This document shows positions 25,601-39,367 of a stretch of DNA of 64,000 nt, piece by piece. The notes beneath the pieces are model-generated. The model saw nothing but the letters and a program-made list of their open reading frames with translations. It was not told the origin of the DNA and searched no databases. This DNA is from Leucoraja erinacea (lineage: Eukaryota): contig NC_073383.1 in assembly GCF_028641065.1 (NCBI RefSeq), positions 65,658,001 through 65,722,000 of the forward strand, given 5' to 3'. A program made the position numbers and the translations under genes. Each line of letters opens with the position of its first letter. The first letter of the stretch is position 1.

Positions 25601-26735
25601 CGGGATGGCGGGGACTGTCATATGAGGAAAGATTGGAAAGACTGGGCTTGTATTCACTGGAATTTAGAAGGATGTGAGCAGATATAGAAACATCTAAAAT
25701 TATAAAATGCCTGGACAAGCTAGATGCAGGAAAAATGTTCCCAATGTTGGGGGAGTCCAGAACCAGGGGCCACAGTCTAAGAATAAAGGGGAGGTCACTT
25801 AAAACTGAGATGAGAAAAAAACGTTGTCACCCAGAGAGTTGTGTGGTTTGTGGAATTCTCTGCCACAGAAGGCAGTGGAGGCTAATTCACTGGATGAATT
25901 TAAAAGAGGCTAGTGGAATCGGGGGATATGTGGAGAAGGTAGGCATGAGTTACCGATTGTAGATGATCAGCCATGATCACAATGAATGGCGGTGCTGGCT
26001 TGAAGGACCAAATGGCCTCCTCCTGCACCTATTTTCTATGTTTCTCCATGTTTCCAACTCCTGTAACGTCTGCAGTTGTTTTGTATTAGTCGCCCACTGA
26101 GGCAAATTTGCACAAAAGATGTAACTATTTTCTTGTTTTAAAAAAAATGTTTGAAAGCATTTTGTGCTTGATCATTTCATAGTTGTCCTCTTGGAATCAG
26201 ACGTGGGTGACTGGCGTTTGAATCTGCAACAAGCTGCATTTACATTTGCCTTGCATGGGACATCAAGATCTTCACATCTGCTGGTGAAATTACAGCAGAA
26301 ATCGAAGAGCTGCTATTACTCAATTTTTCATTGAATCAGAAGATCAGAGAACTTTCAACCCATCTCATCTGGCTTGTGTCAGCTCTTTGAAAAATCTATC
26401 AAATTAGTCACCCTGCCCTACTCTTTCACTAACATTTTCCCTTTTTAGGTTTGTACCATTTTACCTTTTTGAAGATATTGGTTCCATCTGCATTATCTAC
26501 ATTTTCTGATGGTGCAGATCGTAACAATATAAATATTTAGAAGTGCTTAACTTGTCTCTGATTATTGCCAGATTTAGTGTCACAGAAATAGTCTCTTCAG
26601 CCCAAGATGTCCATGTCAGCCATTGATTATCTATTTATACTAATTCTATTTTCTGGAATCTGGTGCAGTCTTCTATGCCTTGGTCTCCATGTGCTGTCTG
26701 AGTACGACTTTAAAGTCATGATCCCTTTAGATCCT

Positions 26736-27043
26736 TGGGCGGCACGGTGGCGCAGCGGTAGAGTTGGTGCATTACAGCGCGCTGGTGACCCATGTTCGAT
26801 TCCGATTATGGGTGCTGTCTGTACGGAGTTTGTACGTTCTCCTCGTGACCTCCTGGGCTTTCTCCGATATCTTCGGTTTCCCCCCGCACTCCAAAGACGC
26901 ACAAATTTGTAGGTTAATTGGCTTGATTTAAGTGTAAATTGTGTGTGAGATAGTGTTAATGTGTGGGGATCGCTGGCCAGTGTGTACTCGGTGGGCCGAA
27001 GGGCCTGATTCCGCACTGTATCTCAAAACTAAACTAAACTAAA
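26736..27043 (+). mobile_element. tRNA-derived V-SINE (HE1-like), full length
   Basis: Pol III A/B-box-like head (GGTGGCGCAGCGG, GTTCGATTCC), V-domain-like core, CR1-derived 3' end and (CTAAA)n tail. Confidence 0.85.
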
Positions 27044-30000
27044 CCAATGGATCCAACTCCTCCGGGTTATGTGCTTGCCCTCAATGTACTTATAAAATCT
27101 TTACAAATTTTCTTTTTGATCCTATTTGATAGAGATACTTTGTGCTCTCCTCCTTGCCCCACTCCTGAAAAGTCTCCATCATTTTTAATTCTCTAAACCT
27201 GCCACATAATTCTCAGTCTCCACCATCCTCTCGGGTAGTGTGCATCATATTCTGACCACAATCTAGGTGGAAAAAATTCCTTGCATCCCTCTAATTCTCC
27301 TGCCACTTACCTTCAAACTAAGCTCTCTGGATATATACACCTTAGCCATTTGGATAAGTTCCTTACTGCCTACCCTGTCTATACCCCTCATAATTGTATA
27401 CCTCAATCAGGACCCCCCCATCCCACCCAGTCTCTTCCAGCATTTACAAAACTTGACAAGCTCTTGAATCATAAGTGATAGGAGTAGAATTAGGCCATTC
27501 GGCCCATTAAGTCTACTCGATCAGCCAAATCATGGCTGATTTATCTCTCCCTCTAAACCCCATTCTCCTGTCTTCTCCCCATAACTCCTGACACTCGTAT
27601 GAATCACCAACACATTGAAGGTTGTGGACCAAATGCAGATAAATGGGCTTAGGATAAATAGGTACAGTGTTCTTCAAAACAATATTATTTTAAGTTCTCA
27701 ATTGCATCTGGATATAGAGGGCCATTTTTTTGTGCTGCATAAAAACAAACGCAGTCTTTCAAATCTGAAATGTTCCATCCCAAGAAACATCCTGGTGAAT
27801 TTCTTCTGCACCCTCTCCAGTGTAATCTCATTTACTGTATAGTGTGGTGAGTGGAACTTCAGGGTACGTCAGCTGTGGCCAAGCCAGTGTTTAACAAAGT
27901 TGTTTATTGCATGCCCCAGCTTATGATGGCAGATATCCTACATGCACACTTAATTACCTTAATCACCGGTGCTGCTGCCTCAGGGATCCATCTACACCAA
28001 GATCCATTTTGTTCCTCAATACTCGCTGGAGACCCCACCCCCATTCAATATGTCTATCCTATCTGTATTAGTCCTTTCAATATGCATCCTCTTAGACTTA
28101 CTGTGATTAACTTTGTTCAGCCAATGCTCAACATCAAATTATAGTTTAAGACCACCTACCTCACTATCAACAACACCACCAAGATTTATGTTATTTGCGA
28201 ATTTACTAATCTTATCTTCTGCTTTCAACTTCATATCGTTAATGTCAATCATAAATTCCTGAGGCTCTCAGTACCAACCCATGTGCTCCATAACTGGTCA
28301 CAGTCTTCGAATAACAAAAGCAGACCTGCTTCCTATAACTAAGTCAATTTTTAAAATCCAATTTAACTTGCCTTGGATCCCATGTTTTCTGATCTTTTGG
28401 AGCAGTCCCCTGTGCATGACTATGTCAAAATCCTTACTGAATTCCATGTAGACCATCAACTGCATTAACATCAATACCTTGCTACCTCTTTCCAAAATTC
28501 AAAGACATTTTATACAATATCTCCCCCCTGAGAATGTCATACTGACATTTTCTATTAAATCCTTGTCTTTCAAAGTGTAAAATAATCGTGTTCCTCTGAA
28601 TTTTTCTCATTAACTTCTCTACGACTGAAATCTGATGTGCTGACTTGTAATTATCGCTTATCCTTGCGGCTCTTGAAGAAAGGTACCAAATTCGCTGTCA
28701 ATCTGGCATCTTGCCTGTGGTCACTGAAGATTCAAAAATCTCCGTCCAGCAATCCAACAACCTCTTCCTGAGCAGCCTGGAATAGATCTCATCTCATCTG
28801 GTCCTGGGAATGTATTCCCCTTGAACATAGACATCTAATACCTTATTCTTCTGAAGAATGGTCTTGACCCGAAACGTCACCCATTCCTTCTCTCCAGAGA
28901 TGCTGCCTGTCCCGCTGAGTTACTCCAGCATTTTGTGTCTACCATCTAATACCTCATCCTTTTTAATGGTAACCTTGATAAAGAATTTCACTGTCTCCCT
29001 TGCTGAATTCATCAAATCAATGTCCTTAGAAAAGTATTAATTTGAGACCTCATTTACATCTGGCCCAGGTTGCCTCTTTGGTCCTAATGAACCCAATGAA
29101 CCCTATTCTATCCCTCAATGTACCTGGAAATGTTTTAGAAATGACTTTAACTCTGTTTGCAAGTGATATTTTGTGCTCTCCTCAGCCCTTCATTTTCTAT
29201 ACTCATGTAAGGTCTCCCCAATTTTAAGTTCTCTAAACCTGTCATATGCCAATTTCTCCCCTTTTTATTCACCCCTTGGTATCCCCCATAACAACCAGGG
29301 ATCCTTGGACTTGTTGGCCTTGTCTTTCACCATTACAGGAGCACACTGACATTGAACTCTCACTTTGAACAACTCCTACTTGCTGGACGAAGGCTTCCTG
29401 CAAGTAACTGTGCCCAGTCCACTTTTGCCAGTTTCCTTTTATTATAGCATTGGCCTTTACCCAATTGAGAACTTTAATTTCCAGAACATCCTTGCTCTTT
29501 TCCATAATGATCTTGAAACATACGTTGCTCTGGCCCCTATCTGGAAAACGCACCCCTACTAATTAGCCAGCCACTTGGCCAGCTTCATTTCCTAAACCTA
29601 GGTCCAATACTGTGCCTTCTGGATGAATTATCTATGTACTGGCTCAGAAAGCTCTTCTGGATGTATTTGAAAGAAACATCTACACTCCTCAAAGCATTTT
29701 ACAGAAAGATGAACCCAGTTAATACTGGGGAAATTGAAACCTTCTCCTGCTATATGCTTTAAAAAAAAAAAAAATCTCACTATGATTTATCTAAATGTAA
29801 GCTTATTCTGTTGACTGCTTTGAGATCTCTACATTTCTTTCCTTTTAAGGTCTACCCACCTGGCCTCATTTGAAGAGAATCCTCATATGAGGAGTAATGG
29901 GCTTCTTAACTAACATTGCACTCCCCTCCCCACCCCCCTTCTATTGCATCTCCCCTCCTTGTTGCACTGAAAAACTCTATACCTTTTGCAAGACTCCTCA
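27000..30000 (-). mobile_element. Old, heavily decayed CR1 fragments with nested SINE/PLE pieces
   Basis: VYMEFSKDFDIVMH...HGIQG and KVLNWVKAN motifs on the minus strand. Boundaries approximate. Confidence 0.55.
28851..28942 (+). mobile_element. Short PLE-derived element with hammerhead motif
   Basis: Begins at the CTGAAGA core, with GAAACGTC at 28871-28878. Imperfect 19-bp duplication CATCTAATACCTtATtCTT / CATCTAATACCTcATcCTT. Confidence 0.75.
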
Positions 30001-33000
30001 CCAATTTTGGTACTTGTAATAGCATTTGGTGGTGAGTGCCTGGAACATGCTGCCAGGGTGACAGTGGAGGCAGATACGATGGTGGTGCTTTTAGATAGGC
30101 ACGTGGATTTACAGGGGACGGAGGGATTAGGATCATGTGCAGGCATATGCAATTAGTTTATCCTGGCATCATGTTCGGCACAGACATTGTGGGCCGAAGG
30201 ACCTGTTCCTGTGGGTTTAGGTCAATGTACCTTGCTGCTTTGTTTCCTTACTCTGACAGCAGCTAAAGACAAAACCCTGGGGGGGTAACCTTTTGAACAA
30301 AGTTAATAAATTTTAATTTCATTTGGGTCTAAACAATGGCTACAAGAGGTTTGGGCTTCTAACATTTATAATGTATGCTCCTCCTGGCTGAGGAGCGTAC
30401 ATGTGTCCTTTTGCAAATGAGGCTGAGACAACAGTGGATGTTACTGCTTCCATAATGACTGTCTAAATTCTACTTAATGCTGTAAGCTAATTTCACCATA
30501 TTCGGAAGCCACTAGCTCATAATAAATGTTGCGAAGATTGAAATATTTTTTTTTTCTCCATTATTGATCAGTAGGTCCTCTTAAAAACGTGATGGTGTTC
30601 TCTTTTTACTGGGCTAGGTCTACAAAGGTAGGATAATGAGATGAACTAAAGGGTAAATTCCCAAAATGTTCATTATTCAATGAAATTGTAAGTTTATAAA
30701 TTTATTTATCACAAAAATATTTGTTTTCACTGAAGGTGACATTTTTTTTAACACAACACCATACCAATGACAATAATGTGATGCTTATATATTTCCTACA
30801 ATTTCTCGGTCATAAACACAGAGGAAAAAAAACACAATTTCACCTCTTATTTCTCCATTGGCACCCTCTGTTTTAAATTCTTCATCCATTAAGGCAGTTT
30901 CACACAAAGTCCTCTGCATTTTCTCGTGGTCCTTTGCCCTTTGAATTTGTAAATAGATAGCTTGATGTAGAGATGCTCGGATTGATTTTTGCCCATCTTT
31001 AACGTATGAAATTGCTATGACAACTGTAGTATTTGCTGATTGAGCTACATGTGGACATTCCAGCTGAAGTGACATTTGCAGAACAAGGGGAACCTATTGC
31101 AGTAGGCAGTAGACACAAAGATAAACACAAGAAGGAATTGTTTGCTGTAAACTGAATGGACAATCTCGTGTTGAATTTAATTTAAAATACAATTAAAAAA
31201 AAATCCTTTGTGAATAGTTACCAGATGAAAAATATAGCTAAACTGAGGGTTTTATTGACTGGACAAAATCAGTTGTTGTCTTGATGTTAGCAATAAATTG
31301 GTTTAATTGGCATGTAATAATTACAATGAATAAGAATTTGGAGATACAAATTAATTCTGCAATCTGTACTCTGAGCTGAGTGTGTGGGATTCAGCATTAA
31401 TCCTTTAATATTTTTCACGGTGAATATTGAAACTTCACTTCATATAACAGAGTTCCATGTAATTTAATAATTAATCCTCTGGGGTTTGAATCATACCATG
31501 GGATCATTTGCATTTATTTGAATAAGGAGCGATTTGCTTCAACATCTCATTCAAGGTCCTCTTCTTTGTTAAAATGGCATGTATTACACTGTCAGAAGCC
31601 AGAAATATATACTAATATCTTTAATATAAAATGGTTTATGTGCATGGACATTGTTACATTTTTATTTTGAGCAAATCTGTTTTGTACCAGCTGCAGTTAT
31701 AAACTATGATTTTATGCTGAAAATCTTATCTAATCTAGTTTGCCTAATTGCATAAAATCCAACATCATGCATGTGATGCCATAAAATACTTCCCATCCAC
31801 AAAATATTCTTCTCTGACCATTTTAAGGGAAATCAATTTGGAAGCCATTTTAATGGAAGGCGGAGGAAATGTTTAATGCAGTGGTATCACTCATTGACCC
31901 TGTTCACTGCTAACATTTCCTGAGAGAAGCATTGCAAATAATGTATTTATCCACTAAATGTTATTTAGTCTGCCTTTTGGATAAGCACATCTTGATTATA
32001 GAAACTATACCCAGAGTCATAAATCTATAATATGATTTGGAAATGTTGTATGGTACTTCTATGACATACATTTTTGAATGACTATTTGAATGGGCACCAC
32101 CATTACATTTATTTTTGAGTGGGTATTTGAGAGGCTGGGAACTCATCCCAGGAGCTTCAGCTTCAGCTACCCCTCCATATCCATGATGATTCTGCAACAA
32201 ATGAAACAACCGCAGCAAACAGAAAAGGTTTTCACTGCATTTTGCTGCAAGTCAAAGCATATTGATTGCTATTCCTTAAAATGCAACCTAAACAGTTCAA
32301 GTGCAGTATGATATTGGCTATTCAAGTCAACTACTTCGAAGTGCGGTGGATAGTAAACAGCTGATGCACATTAGCCATAATCCTTCCTGTGCTCTTAAGT
32401 AGCTAATAAGATAGGGTGAATACTTTTCAAATGTTGACAAATCTAATTTGGGTGTGAGGATTAAATATAAAACCATGGGGTGATTTTACTTAAATCATTT
32501 GAGATTAGCTTTTATGTTGGATAGAGAAAAGAAAGGTCCATCAACAGAAGTGCTGTATTAAAACTTGCTCTTGCACTGTATTTTATCGTGCAGTAACGGA
32601 TTGCTCATCTCTCTTTAATATTTTAAGTTTCAAAAGTATACCCTGTTAACCTTCTGGGAAAATAAGGAGAGGTTAATGGTGGGAAAATCACATGGAAGGT
32701 TTGTATTTACATGGTGCCCTTTGGATCGTTGCCAGAACCCTTAAGAGTGACTGAAATGTTTTTGAAGTGTAGCCACAGTGGTAATGGAGGAATTGCTGCA
32801 TTAATGAACAGACATACAGTTAAAGAAATGTTCATGCTGGGATAAGCATTGGCAGGGGTACCAAGGATATGTTGCCTCCTAGGGTTAGAGTATCTTCAGG
32901 AAAGTTCACTCCAGCCCATTACCATTGTTAATTCAAATTACACATGCGCAGATAGAAAATGCAGCTGAAAAAGACCTGAAAAATGTACTCTCTTTCTCTC

Positions 33001-34099
33001 TGCTGATGCTGCAGAGTATTTCCAGCACTTCTGGTGGTACCTTATGTTAAAATGCAGCCTGTTTTAACTAGACAGGAAAATGGTTATTGCTTCTAACCAA
33101 ATATATTGATTTTGAAAATATCATTTGGGAAGATCGGGTCTGATCAATACTGATTGGCAAGTACCAACAAGTACCATATTGGTTGTTGAAATCACTCCTT
33201 GATGTTGAAAGATGAATCATAAGTTGCCAGCCCATTAAATTCTAAAACAAAATGAAGCACGCACAGCATTTGTGGGCAAATCGGAGAATTTTGACAGACT
33301 AAATGGTTTTCTTCCCTTGACATTTTGAATAGCTGAACCCTGAGATTCAAAGAATTAAGGGATATGGGGAATTGGCATAGAAGAAGTTTTGAGGCCAGCA
33401 TTGATCAGCCATGATCATATTACACTAGAGGCAGTCTGGAGAAGCCTGGTGATCTAGTCCTGCTCCTGCAGAGTGATCTGGGTGTCATTGCACATGAATT
33501 GCAAAATACTAGTGTGCAGGTGTTGTAAGTAATTAGAAGAACTAACAAGATCACTAATCGCATGGGGAATAGAAGGCAAACATATGGAGGTAAGCCATAA
33601 GATGCATAGGATATTTATGAGACCAAATCTAGAGCACCACAATATTGTAATCCAGAGAATACAATAAAATAATCTTATTTGAGTAATAGAAGATTGGGCA
33701 GGTTGAAATGATGGCTTTGGATCAGTAATGCCATTGTTAAATGGCGGATCAGACTCTGGATGGAATGAGGTGGGAGGGGATGCATTTTCTATTCCTTCTG
33801 CTTCACATTTTCTTTCTGTTAGTCAATAGAAATGAAAGGGAAATTGTGATTTTTTATTTTTTTATTTAATGTGAGGTGTTTTTTTAATTAGAGGTGTTAA
33901 ACCTGAAATAGCAACGGATAACTTTTGGAAAACTCCTCTGTGGACTTGATCTTTTGGGGCAATGAGATTTTCATTAAATCTGGAAGTTATAGAAATTGTT
34001 TTTATATTCAGAGAAGAGAGACGGATCGAGAGAACAAAGATTACGTACATGCCTGGATGGAGAAAGGAGATATGGAACATGTCGCTTTACCTCCCCCCT

Positions 34100-34550
34100 C
34101 AACTCCATTCCAGGTGCGACAGAGGTTCACCTGCATCTCCTCCAACCTCATCTATTGCATCTGCTGCTCTAGATGTCAGCTGATCTACATCGGTGAGACC
34201 ATAGGCTTGGCATTACCGCATTAACCAACCTGACCTCCCGGTGTCTCAGCACTTCAACTCCCCCTCCCATTCCGAATCCAACCTCTCTGTCCTGGGCCTC
34301 CTCCATGGCCAGAGTGAGCACCACCGGAAATTGGAGGAGCAACACCTCATATTCCGCTTGAGCAGTCTGCACCCTAGCGGCATAAGCATTGAATTCTCCA
34401 ATTTCCGATAGCCCTTGCTGTCTCCTCCCATTCTCAGCTCTCCCTCAGCCCTCGGGCTCCTCCTCCTCCTCTTCCTTTTTCCTTTCTTCTGTCTGAAGCT
34501 CCTATAGAAGCTGCTGCACCTGCTGAGTTTATCCAGCATTTTTGTCTACC
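34100..34550 (+). mobile_element. Penelope-like retroelement 3' fragment (GIY-YIG endonuclease, decayed)
   Basis: Encodes FQVRQRFTCISSNLIYCICCSRCQLIYIGET (GIY-YIG with CxxC insert) and downstream QHFNSPSH...RKLEEQHLIFRL, then the non-coding terminal repeat. Confidence 0.85.
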
Positions 34551-35076
34551 TGAGATATGGAACGATGTGAGAAGTGGTTGGCCATTTGGGAGATGGCAGG
34601 GAAGGCTTGTTAATTACCAGCGATGTGTTCGGTAGAAATGAATGAGAATGGAGAAGAGGAAAAAATAAACAATGGTGATGAACACTGCAGTTGGTGGAAC
34701 TGTGAAATCTAATAATGAATGCTGGAAATATTAAGCACATTAGGGAGCATCTGTGGAGCAAGAAAAAAACTGCATGACATTTAGAATCATTTGTTACAAT
34801 TGGCTAGTTCTGGTGCTAACTTAAAAGCTGGCTATCTGAAACTGTTGCATTTAATGTTGTATCGGAGGGTACTGATTGGGGATGATCAGCCATGATCACA
34901 TTGAATGGCAGTGCTGGCTCGAAGGGCCGAATGGCCTACTCCTCGTCTATTCATCTATTATCTATTGTATCCTGAAGACTCCAATTTGTAAAGTTGGAAG
35001 ATAAGATACTGCATCTTGAGATAATGTTGAGACAGGTTCACCCGTTACTTTCAAAAAGGAGTTGGATATAATGCTT

Positions 35077-35281
35077 AGGAAAGAACTGCAGCTGCTGGTT
35101 TAAATTGAAGGTTGACACAAAATACTGGAGTAACTCAGCGGGCCAGAAGGAATGGGTGACGGTTTGGGTCAAGACTGAAAGGTCGGGTCTGAAGAAGGGT
35201 GTCGACCCGAAACGTCACCCGTTCCTTCTCCCCAGAGATGCTGCCTGTCCCGCTGAGTTACTCCAGCATTTTGTCTCTACC
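35077..35281. mobile_element. Short palindromic PLE-derived element
   Basis: Inverted halves, flanked by TTGGATATAATGCTT / TTGGTTATAATGCTT. Confidence 0.75.
35184..35221 (+). ncRNA. Minimal type I hammerhead ribozyme motif (PLE-type), best-preserved copy
   Basis: CGGGT-CTGAAGA-A-GGGT-GTCG-ACCC-GAAA-CG-TC-ACCCG: stem I CGGGU/ACCCG, CUGANGA core, stem II, GAAA, palindromic ACGU mini-stem III and a UC cleavage site. Activity untested. Confidence 0.65.
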
Positions 35282-38154
35282 TTGGTTATAATGCTTGAAG
35301 GACTGGCATGGGGAAAGAACTGGGCTAAGGGTGAGAGGCAGGGTGACAATGCGGTTAGAACATAGAACAGTATAGCACAAGAACAGACCCTTTGGCCCAC
35401 AATGTCTGTGCCAAACATAATGCCACGACTAACTCTTATTCACCTGCCTGTAATTCATATCCCTTCATTCCCTGCATATCCATACGGCTATCCAAAAGTC
35501 TCTTAAAAGCCACAATTGTATCTGCCTCAGCCACCACCCCCAGCAGAGCATTCCAGGCACACGCACCCTCTGTGTAATAAAAAAAAAAAACCTTGCCCTG
35601 TACATCTCCTTTAAACGATGCCTCTCTCACCTTAAAGTTACATCCTCCAGTATTTTATTTTTAATCCTGGGAAAAAGGTTCTGACTGACTACCCTATTTA
35701 TGCCTCATAATTTTATGTATTTCTATGAAGTCTTCCCACGACCTCCAGTGTTCCAGCGAAAACCATCCAAATTTGTCCAACCTCTCCCCTATGGTTAATG
35801 CCCCCTAATACAGGTATTATCCTGGTAAACCTCCTCTGTACTATTTCCAAAGCCTCCACATACTTTCTGTAATGTGGCAACCATAACTGTAAATGTGGCC
35901 TAACCAAACTCCTATAAGGCTGCATCTTGACCTTGCCTCTTGTACTCCATGCCCTGACCTGGGAAAGCAAGCAAACCATATGCCTTCTTTACCATCCTAT
36001 ATCCTTGTATTTATCACTCTGTCTACTGGGATTAATGAGATTGCTTTCTCAAAGAGTCTGCATTGGCATTATGGTTCATGTTAGTCTCTTTTTTGTTTCA
36101 CTATTTCATATTGATGCTTCTCGGAGTCATACAACACGGAGACAGGCCCTTTGGCCCTTCGGTGACCGAGGTTATGGGGAAAAGGCAGGAAAATGGGGTT
36201 AGGAGGGAGAGATAGATCAGCCATGATTGAATGGCGGAGTACACTTAATGGGCTGAATGGCCTAATTCTGCTCCTATCTCTTGTGATCTTATGAACTCTT
36301 TCATTCTATCTAAGCTAGTCTCATTTGACTGCATTTGGCCCATATCTCTCCAAACCGTTCCTATCCTTGTACCTGTCCAAATGTTTTTTAAATGTTGTTA
36401 TTGTGTCTGCCTCGACTACTTCCTCTGGCAGTTCATTCCATATACCAAACACACACTCTGTGTGAAAAAGCTGCCCCTTGAGTCCCTATTAAATCTTTCC
36501 TCTTTCACTTTAAACCTATGCACCCTAGTTTTTGATTGCCCTACCCTGGGAAAAATACTGTATTCATCCCGTGAACTTCTGTCAAAGGTTTGTCAGCCTT
36601 TTGCCTGCTTTTCCAAACAGTAGGTAACCAGAGATGTTAAAGACTGTGGGAAATCACTAGAGAGTTCCAACCTCAGCAATGTTAATGAAAGCCATTCTGA
36701 AGCCTGGCCACCAGGGGTCAAATTCATCGGACACCTGTCCTTCTAACAGTTGTCCTTTGCTGTACTTCAGTTGAAGTCTAATCTTCAGAACTACAGTTGC
36801 AGAGCTATTGAATTACAAGCGAGGAGATTCTAGATTCATTAGTTTTCGTGCACCACCAGGACCAAGCTGCATTACTGACAATGGTGTATTTTGATTCAGC
36901 AAAAGTAAGTGTTTTATTTTGGTGTATAGCATTAATGCACGCGATAAGATGAATAAAAATGGAAGATGTGATCATTTTGTCAGTGCAGTTTCTCTTTGCT
37001 CGTGAAAATTAAACAGTATTATCCCTGAAATGAATGTTTAATTAATATTATCATTATGGTGTGTAATTTTGCAAGCTTCCGTAAAATTGCGACATTGTTT
37101 GCTTATTGCCAGTGTTAGATCTTTCAAATTGTTAACATGTATTAAGCTAGAAGTCACATCCTAATCTGTAGAAATAACACAGCTCGATGAAATTGGTCAC
37201 CATCTCAAAATAAAAGATCCTTTTTAAACTAGTGATGGGAAAACAGAATGAAAATTGGTCTGAAGATGATGATGCGTGATTGAGTTGGGCTGCAGTAACG
37301 TTGAAATCGGTATGATAAGCAGTTTAACAATTCTGGATTTTCACCATTAGGTCCTTGCAACTTTTGACAATGTTATTATCAGGCAATAAATTCACCAGAT
37401 TCGTTGAATTATATGAAAGAAAAATAATTTACGTGATATTCTCTTTTGTCCAGAGCATAATGTTACAGCCATTAGGTGTAATGAACTTATGTACCACATA
37501 TATAAACTATTAGATAGACTGTGAGTAAATGGACAGACATTTTGAATACCTCTGAGAATGAATATTCAACAGCCCATAATTGTATTATATTTATTTCCTC
37601 ATCTTTGACACGGATGCAAAACTTTCCTAGTATCATTTCTATGGTGCTCTCATGATACAGATTTTTGGGTTGGTAATTTTCTCTTGCATTTATCTTTATA
37701 ATTGTCTGGGTTTTTGTCCCTTTTTGATCTCTGTACCATGAAAATTGACCCCTTGTGAATTTTCAAAATAAGGCTGAGCCTCTTGCAAATGAAACAATTA
37801 GGAGCTGTTCATGTTACGTGTAGGAAGGAGCTGCGGATGCTGGTTTACATCAAAGATAGACACAACATACTGGAGTAATTCGGCGGTTCAGGCAGCATTT
37901 CTGGAGAAAAAGAATAGGTGACATTATGGGTCGAAACCCTTCTCTTATGTATGGCTGAGTTGATTTTTTTGGGAGTAATCTGACACCTTAATGTCATGAG
38001 TATAAAATATCATTTTAAAAAGCAAAATACATTTTGTTACTGTTTTGCTTCCTCTCCATCGATAAAACATTGTTTTCAGCAATGCAGTGCCAAGTGTGCA
38101 ATTGTCTGATTGTGTCCTGGTGGAAAGCCCTGAAAATAAGGACGTTATTTAAGA

Positions 38155-38438
38155 GTTTAAGAGGGAACTGCAGATGCTGGAGAATCGAAGGTTACACAGA
38201 AAAGCTGGAGAAACTCAGCGGGTGCAGCAGCATCTATGGAGCGAAGGAAATAGGCCACAGAAAAGCTGGAAAAACTCAGCGGGTGCAGCAGCATCTATGG
38301 AGCGAAGGAAATAGGCCACAGAAAAGCTGGAGAAACTCAGCGGGTGCAGCAGCATCTATGGAGCGAAGGAAATAGGAATTCCTTCGCTCCATAGATGCTG
38401 CTGCACCCGCTGAGTTTCTCCAGCTTTTCTGTGTAACC
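38155..38438. repeat. PLE-derived element with three tandem 61-bp units plus one inverted unit
   Basis: Units start at 38195, 38256 and 38317. Inverted copy at ~38378-38438. 14-bp duplication GACGTTATTTAAGA (38141-38154, 38439-38452). Confidence 0.8.
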
Positions 38439-39367
38439 GACGTTATTTAAGAATTCACTTGACCAAGCTTTTGTGGTTCATCTGTTTAGACTTGGTTCAT
38501 TTGTAAAAACCTGCCCATAATTATTTTCTCTGTACAATATCAACTTAGGTAGAGCTTGAATTTGACAAATCCTATCACCAAAACTATGTTTCCAGGTTTC
38601 TTTATCATTGCCCTTCACAATAATCTTCATGTGCTTTGAGGCAGAAAAATAAATTTTAGTAGGGCCGTGTCCAGTCATAAGCTTGTCTTTAACTTTTGCA
38701 CCTCTTTTCAAATCTGGATTATCTATGTGGTGAATGAATTTAAGAATCATTTGATAAGGTTGTTTTGTATTGTGGCACTGTGAGTGCCGACATGTGGATT
38801 CTGGAAGTACTGGAAAAAAGGATCTTTAGTAGTATTCTTATTCAATACAAGCAGCAACCTTCATGCATTTGTCTATTTCTCATTATGAACACTGGGTATA
38901 GTTATTTGATGAATGGTGATAGTGTAATCAGCAGTCAGAGAGGTTTCCAGATCTGCGATATCTTTGTCACTGTATCTGTGTCACTGTATCTCATGTTGTC
39001 ACTTGTGGGCGGAGCACCAAGGCAAATTCCTTGTATGTGAATACTTGGCCAATAAACGTATTCATTTGTTGGGTATTGATAAACCAGCTACTAAAGTTCA
39101 TTCATATTGACATGTTTAATTACAAAAGAGTTTAGGCTTTGTCAATTATGATATTCATACAATACACATTTTGCTATGTCTGTGCTTGTGTTTAATTTTT
39201 GTTTTGCTTTGCATTTTTTTTCTACTTCTGCCTTGCTTGACAATAAATGTTGAAGGATTCTTTTATATCCAGCATTGAAGTGGTCATTGTGAAGGTAGAT
39301 AACTGCCATCATTAAACAATCTTCAAGATAAGGTTTATTCTTTGCAAGCGAGAGATAAAATATATTT

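Noticed and set aside
26736-26810. tRNA-like sequence with A/B boxes
   Set aside because: It is the head of an HE1-like SINE, continuous with the SINE body and tail, not a tRNA gene.
38195-38376. Regular 61-bp repeats resembling a CRISPR array
   Set aside because: The units are contiguous with no unique spacers, derive from the PLE terminal repeat, and there are no cas genes in this vertebrate context.
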